Positions 9,334 to 20,017 of a stretch of DNA of 64,000 nt are shown here, piece by piece. The translations under genes and the position numbers were made by a program. Every line of letters begins with the position of its first letter. The first letter of the stretch is position 1. Where the stretch lies: NCBI GenBank assembly GCA_027451365.1, contig DAIDJN010000041.1:89679-153678 (forward strand), given 5' to 3'. Origin of the DNA: Phycisphaerales bacterium (GTDB lineage: Bacteria; Planctomycetota; Phycisphaerae; WQYP01). Under the pieces are notes generated by a model, which was given only the letters and a program-made list of their open reading frames with translations, did not search any database and had not been told where the DNA came from.

Positions 9334-11873
9334 TGAGCGGAAGTGAATATTATTTTGGCATAGACTTAGGCACCACCAATTCCAGTATTTCGCTTTGTCT
9401 GGACGGGCAAGTGCGGGTATTGCCCAACATGGACGGTGATCAAATCACACCTTCGGTGGTCCATGTGGATGAACTTGGCGTTATTCGCATCGGACGTCAG
9501 GCGTATGAATCTTGGGCGGTGGATCCGGCCAATACCCAGGCTGAATTCAAACGTTGGATGGGCTTCTCCGATGAGCTTGCTTTTCCCGCATCCGGGCGCA
9601 GCATTTCCGCGGAGGAACTTTCCGCCGAGGTCCTTAAATCTCTTTTGGCTGATGCCCAGCGGCACACCGGAGTGCGGCCCGAGTCTTCTGTGGTAACCGT
9701 TCCCGCCGCCTTCGGACAGTTGCAATGTGAAGCCACCACCCGTGCCGCCGCCCGTGCGGGACTTAAGATTGCACCACTGCTTCAGGAACCCATTGCCACA
9801 GCGATCGCCTATGGGGCGGATCCAACCGCTGGTGATCAGCGTTGGATGGTGTTTGATCTTGGTGGCGGCACGTTGGATATTGCCATAGTCTCCACGCGCA
9901 ACGGGCGACTGGCGGTGCTGGAACACTGCGGCGATAACCGCCTTGGTGGAAAAGATATGGATCGCGCGATTGCGTCGGATATTTTTATTCCCGCACTTGC
10001 CGGCGGCTTTACACTGCCGGATCAACAAAAGCAGCCAGCGGCCTTTAATCAATTATTTCGCCGGTTGGTGCGGCACGCAGAGATAGCAAAAAAAGTGCTT
10101 TCCACAACCGATTCCGCGAATATTTCCCTGCTTGATCTGGGCGTGGACAAGCAAGGGCGCCCCATGCAGATGTCGCTTACGGTGACACGATCTCAGATGA
10201 CCGCCGCAATTCAGCCACTCCTGGATCGCTGCCTTAGCCTGGCGCAACTGGCACTCACCAAGGCGCGTATGACCGCCAGTGGCCTGACGAGTGTCATTGG
10301 TGTCGGTGGGCCTGCCCGCATGCCCTGCATTCGGGACATGCTGGAGTCCAGCATGGGCATTGCAATGCGCTGCGACCTTGATCCAATGACAGTGGTTTCC
10401 CAGGGTGCGGCCCGATTTGCCGCCGCCAGCGATTGCCTGGGCGCGACTGGATTATCCGAAACGGATCAACCAGCGACCAGTGAAAGTGCTTCCATAAAAG
10501 TTCCTATTTCAATTTCGCATGAACGGTCCAGTGCCACGGTCTTATCGCCGGTAGGTGGCACGGTCCCGTTATCCGCGGGCATTGCAACTATCCGGTTGAA
10601 AAGGCGTGGTGGAAAAGTCGAATGGAACAGCGGCTTGATTCCTATTGTCAGCGGCCAGTTTTCCACCACTTTAAAATTGGATGAAAAAGCGGCCGTCACG
10701 CGGTTTGTTATTGAGGCCTTTGGCAAACAGGGTCAGGCTATTCCCGTTGATCCTTCCGGCTTTTCAGTCGCGTTGGCCATGCCGCTGGCCGCCGCCCCGC
10801 TTCCGCATACCATCGCGGTGGAATTAACCGACGTGCATGGAAATACTGTGTATGAGCCGATTTTTCAACGTGACAGTGCGCTGCCCGCGGAAGTCACCCG
10901 CAGCTATAGGGCGGAGGCGTCGCTGCGGCCCAGTGAGCCGGAAGGTCGTTTGCCGATTAAATTCTGGGAAATAGATGTATCGGAAGATACGTCAGAGCGC
11001 TGGTGGTGCGGCTGTGTGGAAATTTCCGCCACGAATTTAAGCCGTCCTGTTTCCGAAGGTGCGGAAATACAATTGAAAATCCGTATCGATGCATCCCGCA
11101 AGATTCATGTCAATGCCCATATTCCCTCGATTCATCAGACCTTTGCGGAAGATGTCTATCTGCCGGATCCGCCATCGGCAAGTTCTCATTTGCAAACACA
11201 GCTTGATTCCTGTTTTGACCGTTTACGAAGCGCCTGGCAGCGAATCTATTCCTCCGGCAAAGATGATTTGAAACCAACGTTAACCCGGATTCAGGAGGAG
11301 CTTGACGAAATGGCTTTGCAGACCGGATCGGTCATAGGGGCATCGCGCCGCATCGACCCGGATGTATTGTTGCGTCAGGCCGGGCTGCTGCGCGGGATAC
11401 GCATAAAACTGACGCACGTGGAAGAACAGTTGGTTTCAGAAATTGATCATGTGCTGCTGGTTAGAATTCAAGGCATCATGCGATTTACAGAGCAAATATG
11501 CCATGACCACGGCGATGCCGACGAACAAAAGCAATGTGCGGACTTGCGGCGGCGCTTTAACGGCTACAAATCTACCGGAGATTCCCGTGGCGTTCGCTGG
11601 ATTGAAATAGAACTGCGCCAATTGCAAAATCCGATACTCGAACGCATGCCCGAATACTGGACAGAGTGGCTTGAGGCGCTTAATTCGCCGGGGCGGTTTA
11701 ATTTTATTTCGCGACGCGAGGCGGACCAATGGCTGGGCAAAGCCAACGCGGCGGAGAAAGCAGGAGAGCAGACGGAAATGCGCCGGTGTATTCGCGCCTT
11801 ATGGAGCCTTCTACCCGATCGCGATCAGGCGGCACGCAACCGCGATTCGCAAACGGGTTTGCGGGGCGGATAA
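9334..11873 (+). CDS. Atypical Hsp70-family ATPase (846 aa) with non-canonical C-terminal half
   Basis: Hsp70 nucleotide-binding-domain signatures 'YYFGIDLGTTNSSISL' (phosphate-1) and 'VFDLGGGTLDIAIV' (phosphate-2). GTG start at 9334 after AAAGG. The ORF-track start at 8991 is an upstream artefact that overlaps the previous gene. Confidence 0.8.
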
Positions 11874-12332
11874 ATAAATCAGTCACTTGTCTGGCTTTAG
11901 CGGATGACTTTTATGGCTGGTGGCGGACGAACGCGGATTGCCTATGAATAACACCGCGACGCTGGTCCGCGGACCTTCGCGGAATCACCTGACAAATAGA
12001 CAATACATGATTAAATCAAAGGGTTTGTGCAAGTGGAACAATATTGCCGGAATTACGAAATATTTAAATGGTTCTCGCGAAGAATCGTAATACGTGGGTG
12101 GCCTGCGGTCGAGGTATCATTGATTGACAGTGTAGGAAATGGATCGCGACCGGTGTCTGCAAATAGCCCTTTCTGCCTTTCGGCATAAGACAAAGTGGAT
12201 TTTAAGCTCGCCTCGTCGCCGCCCGCGCGTTGACCGCAACCAGAAAAAAGTCTAGTTGAATGCATTGACAGAACCAATAGAATTTGGGTACACTTATCAA
12301 CGTCTTATCTAGTTTCTAGTATATGTTTTGGC

Positions 12333-13493
12333 GTGCGGAGGTGCGGTATGGAAATGCGTTGGTGTGTATTTTCCGGTCTGACTTTGGCTGTCTGGGGCGC
12401 TCAACCGACCTTGGCGGTAACTGCAAAGGCAACAACCGCGGGGCCGAGCGATGCGGCATTTTCCAACAATTCCGGCGGAGTGGTCAATGTGGCCGCTTAT
12501 AGCGAAGCCGCGGGAATTATGAATGCCTCGGTTACGCCGTCGGAAACGCTTGGCGGTGCCACAGTTCCAGTGGCAAGTTCTTCTTACGGCGTCGGCATTA
12601 CGAGCCAGGCAATAGCAGTTCCCGGCCCGATGAAAGTAAACCAGTTCGGATATTTGCGGCAAAGCTATACATTTCAGAAGCCCGTTGCCCAGATTAAACC
12701 TGTGAACAAAAGTTTACTGAGTTTCCCCGGCGATCAGGTTTCCATCACCTCGGAAACGGAGGGTTACACCGGTTTTGCGCAGGTCGAAAATGTCACCAAC
12801 CCTTTAACCGGCCAGGTTACTCCCCGTAATGCCGTGATCGCCGAGGCCAGCGTGCCCGATGGTGAGGTTCCTCCGGGTGATGCCGGCGCGCTTGCTGGCG
12901 ATCCGATTTCCATCCCAACAGGTACCTACAATTACAACCCCACAATTAGTTGCTCAATAACCGACAACACTTCCGGCGATGAGGCTGTGGCGCAGACTTA
13001 TGCGGTTGATGCATCCACGTTCACGTCCGATTCGCTGGACAATTTCGGGCTTGACGGCATGCCCCTGTCCCAAACGCTGTGGTATGTCACGGTGGGGGAG
13101 GCGGGGCCAGTGACCAGCGCCGGTTCGCTGGCGAAACTGGAGATTGATTTCGAGCTTAATCCGCTGGCGCTTAAGGAAATTACACTTCCGCAATCGTTTC
13201 TCAATTCCCTGCCGGCCTTTACAACTACCGCCCAGGAAATCGCGGAAATAAATCAGGCCGTCGACAACGCCATCGCCAATGGGATGGCGTTCAGTGGAAA
13301 TCAGGAAACGCTCAACGGATTCGATCCGTTTCCTGTCGGCACTACCTACAGCCCGCTTTCCAATAACCAGGCTTATGGAGACGGAGCCGCCGCCGAAGTG
13401 GCCGCTCCAGTGCCAGCTTCCATCTGGCTGATGGGATTTGGAACTTTGGTTCTGCTGACGCGGAAATCGCAGACTCGTATAAAGTGTTCCTGA
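12333..13493 (+). CDS. Secreted protein with PEP-CTERM-like sorting tail (variant VPAS)
   Basis: Signal peptide. C-terminus 'APVPASIWLMGFGTLVLLTRKSQTRIK' has a PEP-like motif, a hydrophobic helix and a basic cluster. Confidence 0.55.
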   Translation: MRRCGMEMRWCVFSGLTLAVWGAQPTLAVTAKATTAGPSDAAFSNNSGGVVNVAAYSEAAGIMNASVTPSETLGGATVPVASSSYGVGITSQAIAVPGPMKVNQFGYLRQSYTFQKPVAQIKPVNKSLLSFPGDQVSITSETEGYTGFAQVENVTNPLTGQVTPRNAVIAEASVPDGEVPPGDAGALAGDPISIPTGTYNYNPTISCSITDNTSGDEAVAQTYAVDASTFTSDSLDNFGLDGMPLSQTLWYVTVGEAGPVTSAGSLAKLEIDFELNPLALKEITLPQSFLNSLPAFTTTAQEIAEINQAVDNAIANGMAFSGNQETLNGFDPFPVGTTYSPLSNNQAYGDGAAAEVAAPVPASIWLMGFGTLVLLTRKSQTRIKCS

Positions 13494-14121
13494 TATTTGT
13501 ACCGTAGCGGCAGGTCGCCTGTTCCGCGACGGGCGGCCATAAATGCTTGCCATTGCGTTAGTCATTTGTGTTCTGACGGATCGGGGATTATCGCAGGATC
13601 GCCAAGTGTATTCGCTCGCATTATTCCCTTTCGTGGCACGGTATTGGCAATCACTTCTGTTTACATTTGGTTTTCGTTCGTTGCCATAATTGGCGGCTTT
13701 TGATTATTCGCGATTATTATTCTTTGGCCAAATGTTGAAAATGGGTTGCATAAGCGGCCGGTTTTCCAATTGGCCAAAGAATTGGCGATCCCCATAGTTG
13801 AAACTACGAAGCGCCAACAACAATGGTATTTAACTGCGTTTGGCGTTATAAACAACTGCGGGCAAAGCCATCTGTGGGGCCGCAAAGGCATAATACAGGC
13901 CGCGTTTATCAGGCATTGAAGTTCGTTTTGCACTTCGTTGCCACAGGCTGCAAATACCGTAGCCGATAGGTGAAAAGCCTAATGCCAGGATGGCAATATT
14001 CGGAGTCGGCGTCAGGCAGGAATTCGTAGGGCTTTTATCGAGAAAATTCCAATGGCGTGGATCGCTCCAAACTGGAATAATAACCATCATGGAAGCCGGG
14101 AATGCGAGAAGCGGACGGTTT

Positions 14122-14137
14122 TGTGAATAGTTTCACA
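14122..14137. promoter_or_regulatory. CRP/FNR-family binding-site candidate (TGTGA-N6-TCACA) about 80 bp upstream of the cytochrome c operon
   Basis: Exact match 'TGTGAatagttTCACA' inside the extended palindrome TTGTGAAtagtTTCACAA (14121-14138). It sits in an AT-rich 700-bp intergenic region. Confidence 0.5.
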
Positions 14138-14208
14138 ATATCCGCATAAAACCCGGAACTTTCTGTTTTGTCGTTGTGTACGGCAAAGAAGCTGCTTAAG
14201 GAGAAACC

Positions 14209-14685
14209 ATGTTTGGTCGAAGCTGCGTGAAATCATGCCTTCTTGTTCTGGGCATTGCCGCGGTAACCTGTGGTATCACAGGTTCGCTGGAGGCGGCTTA
14301 TCAGATCGCCGCAACGGGGCGTGTGACGGGCATTTTTCATTTTGATTCTTGGCGAGCGCCCGCCAGGGCGAAAAAAATCACCAATCCAATCCCCCTTACT
14401 CCGGCCTCGGTACAGGCCGGCGAAGTGGTGTACACGCAAAATTGTGTCGCATGCCACGGGGCCAATGCACAGGGAGACGGGCCGACTGGGGCGTTTTTAT
14501 CGCCGCACCCGGCCAATTTGACCAAAGCCAGCTTCTGGGCGCAAGGCGAAGGTGCCATTTTCTGGAAAATCAGCCATGGACACAGCCCGATGCCGGAATT
14601 TGCCGATTCATTAAGCCGCAAACAGCGCTGGAATGTCATCAATTATCTGAAGAAAAATTTTGATCCAGCCGGGGCGGGGAAGTAA
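14209..14685 (+). CDS. Class I c-type cytochrome (mono-haem), secreted
   Basis: Signal peptide. Haem-binding motif CVACH (CxxCH). GGAG RBS. Confidence 0.75.
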   Translation: MFGRSCVKSCLLVLGIAAVTCGITGSLEAAYQIAATGRVTGIFHFDSWRAPARAKKITNPIPLTPASVQAGEVVYTQNCVACHGANAQGDGPTGAFLSPHPANLTKASFWAQGEGAIFWKISHGHSPMPEFADSLSRKQRWNVINYLKKNFDPAGAGK

Positions 14686-14728
14686 CCCGTTTTGACTGAA
14701 TGTCCATTTTCCAGGGAAAGGAACCACC

Positions 14729-16093
14729 ATGAGACGTAGTACCCGAGTCGCGATGTGCCTCGCACTGGGACTGGCGGCATTGCCAGTTGCCGGTCTGCGT
14801 GCGGACCCGACCACCCAGCAGAAGTACGATGCCCTGAAAGCTCAGATGGCCGCCATGGCCCGGCAGATGGCTTCCATGCAGAAGCAAATGGCCGCGATGA
14901 AAAAGCAGCAGGCCGCAATGGCCGCTTCCACTCAATCCACCGATCAGAAAGCCATAGATCGATCTGTTCGCAGGCTCTACAAAAAGGTCATGAAGGAAAG
15001 TCAGAAGATTAGCGCTTTGGAACCTGGAAACATTCAGGTGCTCATTGCCGGCGATGTGAATTTTCAGTTTCAGCATCAGCAGGGCCATGCCTCTACCTTT
15101 TACGCCGATTCCAGCCCGATGATTCAAGTTCGTGTGGATAAGAATATTTTTATCAACACCGCGTTCGATTTCTATACCCAGTCCGGCGGTGCCGGCGGCG
15201 TCAATTCCGACATTGGTGCCGCGAACCTGAATTATGAATTAAATGATAATATAACCCTTGGCGGTGGTCTCATCAGCAGCCCCATCGGCGGGATTGTGGG
15301 TATATATAATCCCGCACCGTGGAACAGGTGGGTTGTGGATGGCTCCTTGGAAGACAATCTGCTTCCCCCAAATGAACTCGGCGTCTGGGCTCGAGGCGGT
15401 GTTCCGGCTCCCAACAATCTCGGCTATCTGACTTATTTTCTATTTGCCAGCAACGGGCCGGCATCTACCTCGACCAACGGAACCGCCAATAGCGCCGGTT
15501 CGTACAACTCTTATACTGGACTTAATTACGGCAATTGGAATCCGGCGGCACAAAACGGCAAGGCCATTGGTGGCCGCGTCAGCTATCTGCCCATTCCCAA
15601 TATCGAAGTCGGATATTCTTTTGAATATGCCCGTCCCAGTGCCGATGGCAGTCCGGTTACCATTAACTCGCTGGTACAGGCCGTGGATTTCAACGCCTAT
15701 TATGTCAACAAAAAAATTGACGGGCTGTTCCGCGTACGGGGTGGCTGGACCTGGGATCAGGTCGGTCAAGGCCTGGTCGTGGCCAATGCTTCGGGCGGAT
15801 TCAGCAGTCTTGGCGGCGATTCCAACGGCGGCCAGATCGAATTTGCCTATCAGCCGTCCATGTGCGGTATTAAATATCTCAATCGTGTCATGGCGGCGTT
15901 CCGTTACGACAGGATTGATGGTCCTGTTTCTCAGGCGCTTAGCGGTTCAGACCACGAACAGCGTTACACCTTCGGCCTGGATTACTGGTTGCATTCCAAC
16001 GCGGTTCTCAAATGCGAGTATGAATTTGATAACCTGTCCGGTGGCCAGCACGGTGCTGACGCCGTATTTATGCAGTTTGCGGTTGGTATCTGA
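14729..16093 (+). CDS. Outer-membrane beta-barrel/porin-like protein with N-terminal coiled-coil (454 aa)
   Basis: Signal peptide. Met/Gln/Ala-rich coiled-coil stretch (QKQMAAMKKQQAAMAAS). Then Gly/Asn/Tyr/Ser-rich alternating pattern typical of beta-barrels. Located between two cytochrome c genes. Confidence 0.5.
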   Translation: MRRSTRVAMCLALGLAALPVAGLRADPTTQQKYDALKAQMAAMARQMASMQKQMAAMKKQQAAMAASTQSTDQKAIDRSVRRLYKKVMKESQKISALEPGNIQVLIAGDVNFQFQHQQGHASTFYADSSPMIQVRVDKNIFINTAFDFYTQSGGAGGVNSDIGAANLNYELNDNITLGGGLISSPIGGIVGIYNPAPWNRWVVDGSLEDNLLPPNELGVWARGGVPAPNNLGYLTYFLFASNGPASTSTNGTANSAGSYNSYTGLNYGNWNPAAQNGKAIGGRVSYLPIPNIEVGYSFEYARPSADGSPVTINSLVQAVDFNAYYVNKKIDGLFRVRGGWTWDQVGQGLVVANASGGFSSLGGDSNGGQIEFAYQPSMCGIKYLNRVMAAFRYDRIDGPVSQALSGSDHEQRYTFGLDYWLHSNAVLKCEYEFDNLSGGQHGADAVFMQFAVGI

Positions 16094-16132
16094 ATCAGTT
16101 GATTTTGACATGATCAATATTAGGAGTTCATC

Positions 16133-16483
16133 ATGAAGATGTTCCCGGCATTTCATTTCGTAAAGGCCGCCACAATCGGTCTTGCAGTCGCGACCGCGGT
16201 AAGTCTGGCGGGTTGCAGCGGATCTTCACCCAAGCAGACCACCGCCGCCAAAAAACCGTTACCGCCTCACCCTATGTTCACGTTCAAGGATCCGGCTGAC
16301 AATGAATCCGGTGCCCAGATATGGTCGCAAAACTGTATGCGATGCCATCAACTTCGCTCTCCGGCTCAATACACGCCCGCTCAATGGGGTGTCATTGTCC
16401 AGTACATGCGGCTAAAGGCTGGCCTTACCGGTGAACAGGCCAAAAAGGTGCTGGCCTTTTTGCAAAGTGCCAGTGCGCATTAA
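16133..16483 (+). CDS. Lipoprotein c-type cytochrome (116 aa)
   Basis: Lipobox 'SLAGC|SGS'. Haem motif CMRCH (CxxCH). Confidence 0.7.
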   Translation: MKMFPAFHFVKAATIGLAVATAVSLAGCSGSSPKQTTAAKKPLPPHPMFTFKDPADNESGAQIWSQNCMRCHQLRSPAQYTPAQWGVIVQYMRLKAGLTGEQAKKVLAFLQSASAH

Positions 16484-16554
16484 CGCCCGCGTGCTTAAGC
16501 CGTATCCGGTTAGTCAATCCGGAGCTTAAGCATTTGCAAACAGTCTTGCCCTCC

Positions 16555-16604
16555 CGTGGCCGGCTGCGGATTGCAGCTTCCGTGGTCGGCCACGATTTTT
16601 TATT
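16555..16604 (+). terminator. Rho-independent terminator after the cytochrome operon
   Basis: GC-rich stem CGTGGCCG...CGGCCACG followed by ATTTTTTATT. Confidence 0.5.
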
Positions 16605-16744
16605 CCGGCAGACTGGTCTGGCCGGGTGTTCTGCAGTTTTCCGGTGCCTTCGGATAAGCGGCAAAAACCGAGTGTGAAAGCTGAAGCCGCAAAATAAGGT
16701 TTTGGAGATGTTTGTTTTCGAGGGCAATCATGCGCCAGCCATTG

Positions 16745-17254
16745 TTATATTCTTTGATCTGTGTCCAGATCGGACCCGGACCACACCGCTCCGGCTGCCG
16801 ATGCGACGCCGGCTCGCAAAGCTGGATCCATTCTTCTTCCACTGATGATTTCCGGTATCAGTTTGCGGGTCGGCAAATCTGCCAGCGGCGTGCGCCGACC
16901 GTGGCCCGGCCGGTGCGAATGCCGCAGCCGGTTGTATTTAGCGTCATTGGCCGCTCGCACCAGAGCTTTTTCGCCAATGTCGGTCACAGCGACCAGCCGC
17001 CCTTCCATAAGAATGGACGCATAGTCGTCAAGTTGGTCGCTGTAGCTGTCAATTTCAAAACAGACCTGATTATTGACCGAAAGAATGTCCCCTTTACGTC
17101 CGGTCATGGGTACCCGAAGATACAGGCACCCATTTACAAAACAGAACGGAAGTGGAATGGCGTATGGCCGGCCATCGGGATGCGCCAAGGCCAGCCTGCC
17201 GATAAGGGTGTTATTCAGCATGTCGGCGATCTGGTCGTGACTCATGGGAATCAT
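16745..17254 (-). CDS. Pyridoxamine 5'-phosphate oxidase-like (PNPOx/FMN-binding split-barrel) family protein
   Basis: 169 aa. Pattern 'LIGRLALAHPDGRPYAIPLPFCFVNGCLYLRVPMTGRKGDIL...VCFEID' is typical of the PNPOx-like fold. Divergent from the radical-SAM pair. Confidence 0.65.
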   Translation of the reverse strand: MIPMSHDQIADMLNNTLIGRLALAHPDGRPYAIPLPFCFVNGCLYLRVPMTGRKGDILSVNNQVCFEIDSYSDQLDDYASILMEGRLVAVTDIGEKALVRAANDAKYNRLRHSHRPGHGRRTPLADLPTRKLIPEIISGRRMDPALRAGVASAAGAVWSGSDLDTDQRI

Positions 17255-17357
17255 AAAATTTTATCCCTTAAAAATTTTGTCTGGAAGCAGAATGCGAGTT
17301 TAGAATCCGGCGCAGCCGGTGTCAATGCCGCCACGTGGAGTCCGCAGGAGTCGCATC

Positions 17358-18485
17358 ATGGTAATGCTTAAAACGGATCGCACGACAATCAGCCCCGGCG
17401 GCCTGAATTATAGCTCCGCCGATTTTGCCCACTCACCGCTGGTGGTATTTTATGAGGTCACCCGAGCCTGCAATCTACTTTGCCGCCATTGTCGCGCCGA
17501 AGCTCAGCCACACCGGCATCCGGAGGAACTTGCGCCCGCCGCATCGTTGCGGTTGCTTGATGCGCTGGCCACGTTTTCCAAGCCGCCGCTGGTGGTGCTT
17601 ACGGGCGGTGACCCGATCAAGCGTGCTGATATATTTGATATTGTGACCCATGGTGTTTCCCTTGGCCTGAAAATGGCCATGACGCCCTCCGCCACCAAGC
17701 TGGTCACGACCGATGCGGTGGGCCGTCTGAAGGTCGCGGGACTGCACCGTCTGGCTGTAAGCCTGGATGGTGCCGATGCGGCGCGTCATGACGATTTCCG
17801 CCGTGTGCCGGGCAGCTTTGCCCGCACACTGGAGATTATGAATGATGCCCGCAGTTGCGGTCTTTCCATGCAGATCAACACTACCATCACGCGGCACAAT
17901 GTGGATCAGATTGATGAAATGGCCGATCTGTTGGACGGCTTTGGCATCGCGCTCTGGTCGGTATTTTTTTTAGTTCCCACGGGCCGGGCGGATATCAGTC
18001 AGCGCATCGCCCCTGAACAATATGAACAGGTATTTGAAAAGTTGCATAATTTTGCGGGCCGGCATCCCTACGCCGTCAAAACCACTGAAGCGCCCCATTA
18101 TCGCCGCTTTGTGCTTGAAAAGCAGCGGCTGGGCGGCACTTCCGCGCCTGGTGGTCAGGGGCTGGCGGCCAATATCGTCGGCACAAATGACGGCAAAGGT
18201 GTCATGTTCATCAGCCACCTCGGTCAAATATTCCCCACCGGCTTTCTGCCCATTGAATGCGGCCGCTTCCCGGCACATTCCCCCGTGGACGTTTACCGGA
18301 ATTCTCCCTTGTTCAAGGACCTGCGCAACCCCAATAAACTGCAGGGCAAATGCGGCTTCTGCCAATACCGCGATATTTGTGGCGGCAGCCGCGCCCGTGC
18401 CTTTGGGGTTACCGGCAATCCGCTTGCCGCCGAGCCAGACTGTGTGTACGTTTCGCCAAACGCGCCATCTCTAAGGAGTGTTTAA
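17358..18485 (+). CDS. Radical SAM enzyme with C-terminal SPASM domain (AhbC/AhbD/NirJ family)
   Basis: CxxxCxxC 'CNLLCRHC' near the N-terminus. Cys-rich SPASM 'CGFCQYRDICGG' at the C-terminus. AGGAG RBS before the ATG at 17358. Confidence 0.8.
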   Translation: MVMLKTDRTTISPGGLNYSSADFAHSPLVVFYEVTRACNLLCRHCRAEAQPHRHPEELAPAASLRLLDALATFSKPPLVVLTGGDPIKRADIFDIVTHGVSLGLKMAMTPSATKLVTTDAVGRLKVAGLHRLAVSLDGADAARHDDFRRVPGSFARTLEIMNDARSCGLSMQINTTITRHNVDQIDEMADLLDGFGIALWSVFFLVPTGRADISQRIAPEQYEQVFEKLHNFAGRHPYAVKTTEAPHYRRFVLEKQRLGGTSAPGGQGLAANIVGTNDGKGVMFISHLGQIFPTGFLPIECGRFPAHSPVDVYRNSPLFKDLRNPNKLQGKCGFCQYRDICGGSRARAFGVTGNPLAAEPDCVYVSPNAPSLRSV

Positions 18486-18486
18486 T

Positions 18487-19696
18487 TATGCTTAGTGTAA
18501 CCAACCTGCTTTGTGATTTCGATGGCGGCAATGAACGTCTGCGGTATGGTCACCGCAATTCCGTCGGCGAAAGTCAGGAGGTGCCGCGGCCTGTGGTGGT
18601 CTGGGCCCTTACCAAAGCCTGTAATCTGCGATGTGTCCATTGTTACGCCTCGGCCAATGCGCGGCCCGCGCCCAATGAACTCACCCTGACGGAAGGCTTA
18701 AACCTTCTGGATGATCTGATAAAGTTCAAGGTTCCCGCGGTGCTTTTCAGCGGTGGCGAGCCGCTGGTGCGTCCGGAGGCGCTGGAATTTATCCGCTATG
18801 CCCGTGCTGGCGGCCTGGCATGTACACTTTCCACCAATGGTCTGCTCATAGATGACTCGATGGCGGAGCGTCTGGCTGACTCGGGATTAAAATATATAGG
18901 TATAAGCATGGATGGACTTCGTGAACGGCACGACAAGCTGCGCGGGCACGCGGGTGCCTTTGACGGCGTGCTTCGCGCCATCACTCACTGTCGGGCACGC
19001 GGCATAAAAGTCGGTTTGCGCTTCACAGTGCACAGCCTGAACATGCAGGATTTGGGCGCGGTGTTTGATATATGTGTTCAGTACGACGTGCAGCGGTTGT
19101 GCATTTATCACCTGGCTTACAGTGGCCGTGGCGGCAACATGCAGAAGGTGGATCTTTCCGCTGCGCAAACCCGCCATGTGGTGGATCGAATATTTGCCCG
19201 CAGCAGGGAATTGCACAAGGCCGGCATTCCCCTTGAAGTTTTGACTGTCGACAACCATGCCGACGCCGCTTATTTGCTGCTGCAGTTGGAGCAGACCGAT
19301 CCCCACCGTGCGCAGAAAGCTCGCCAGCGGCTGGTCGGTACCGGTGGCAATCGTTCCGGCTGCAATATCGCGGCCATTGATCCGGTTGGAAATGTGCATT
19401 ACGACCAGTTCAGTTGGCATTACAATTGCGGCAACATTCGAACTGAACCATTCAGCAAAATCTGGTCCGACGCAAAGGACCCGCGTCTGGCAGTGTTGCG
19501 AAACCGCCATACCCATCTTCCAATGCGCTGTCAGGCGTGCAGATTTCTTTCGGTGTGCAATGGAAATTTGCGTACCCGCGCCGAGGCTGCCACCGGCGAT
19601 TGGCTCGGCTTTGATCCGGGCTGCTATTTAACCGATGAAGAAATTTCCCCGCGCCAGCCCCAGGAATGTGCAGCCGTGGCACTGGTGCGGGACTGA
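18487..19696 (+). CDS. Second radical SAM/SPASM enzyme (AhbC/AhbD/NirJ family), translationally coupled
   Basis: 'CNLRCVHC' radical-SAM motif. SPASM 'CQACRFLSVCNG'. GGAG RBS. Start is 1 nt after the upstream stop. Confidence 0.8.
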
Positions 19697-20017
19697 GCTA
19701 TTCTCGGCGATTGGGAAGCGAGCCGGTGCCTCCTCTATTTCGCGATGCTTTAAACCATACAGTCCACAATATTTCAACTTTGGCATCGGGGATTAATGGC
19801 AATCCTGGTGCATGACAGGCAAAGCTCTGTTTGGCTGAATGGTGCAGATTGTGGCTTTCTAGAATGCGGAGCCATGCGACTCTGTGGCATGGCCGGACGC
19901 GGCAACTGACAGCAGCAGGTCCGCATTTTCACGACTTTATCGGCCCTTCGCGAAGTGGATTGGCACGGCCGGCGAGCCGTACGACGTAATAAATGCTGCT
20001 AAAAAGGCGGCTTTTAT

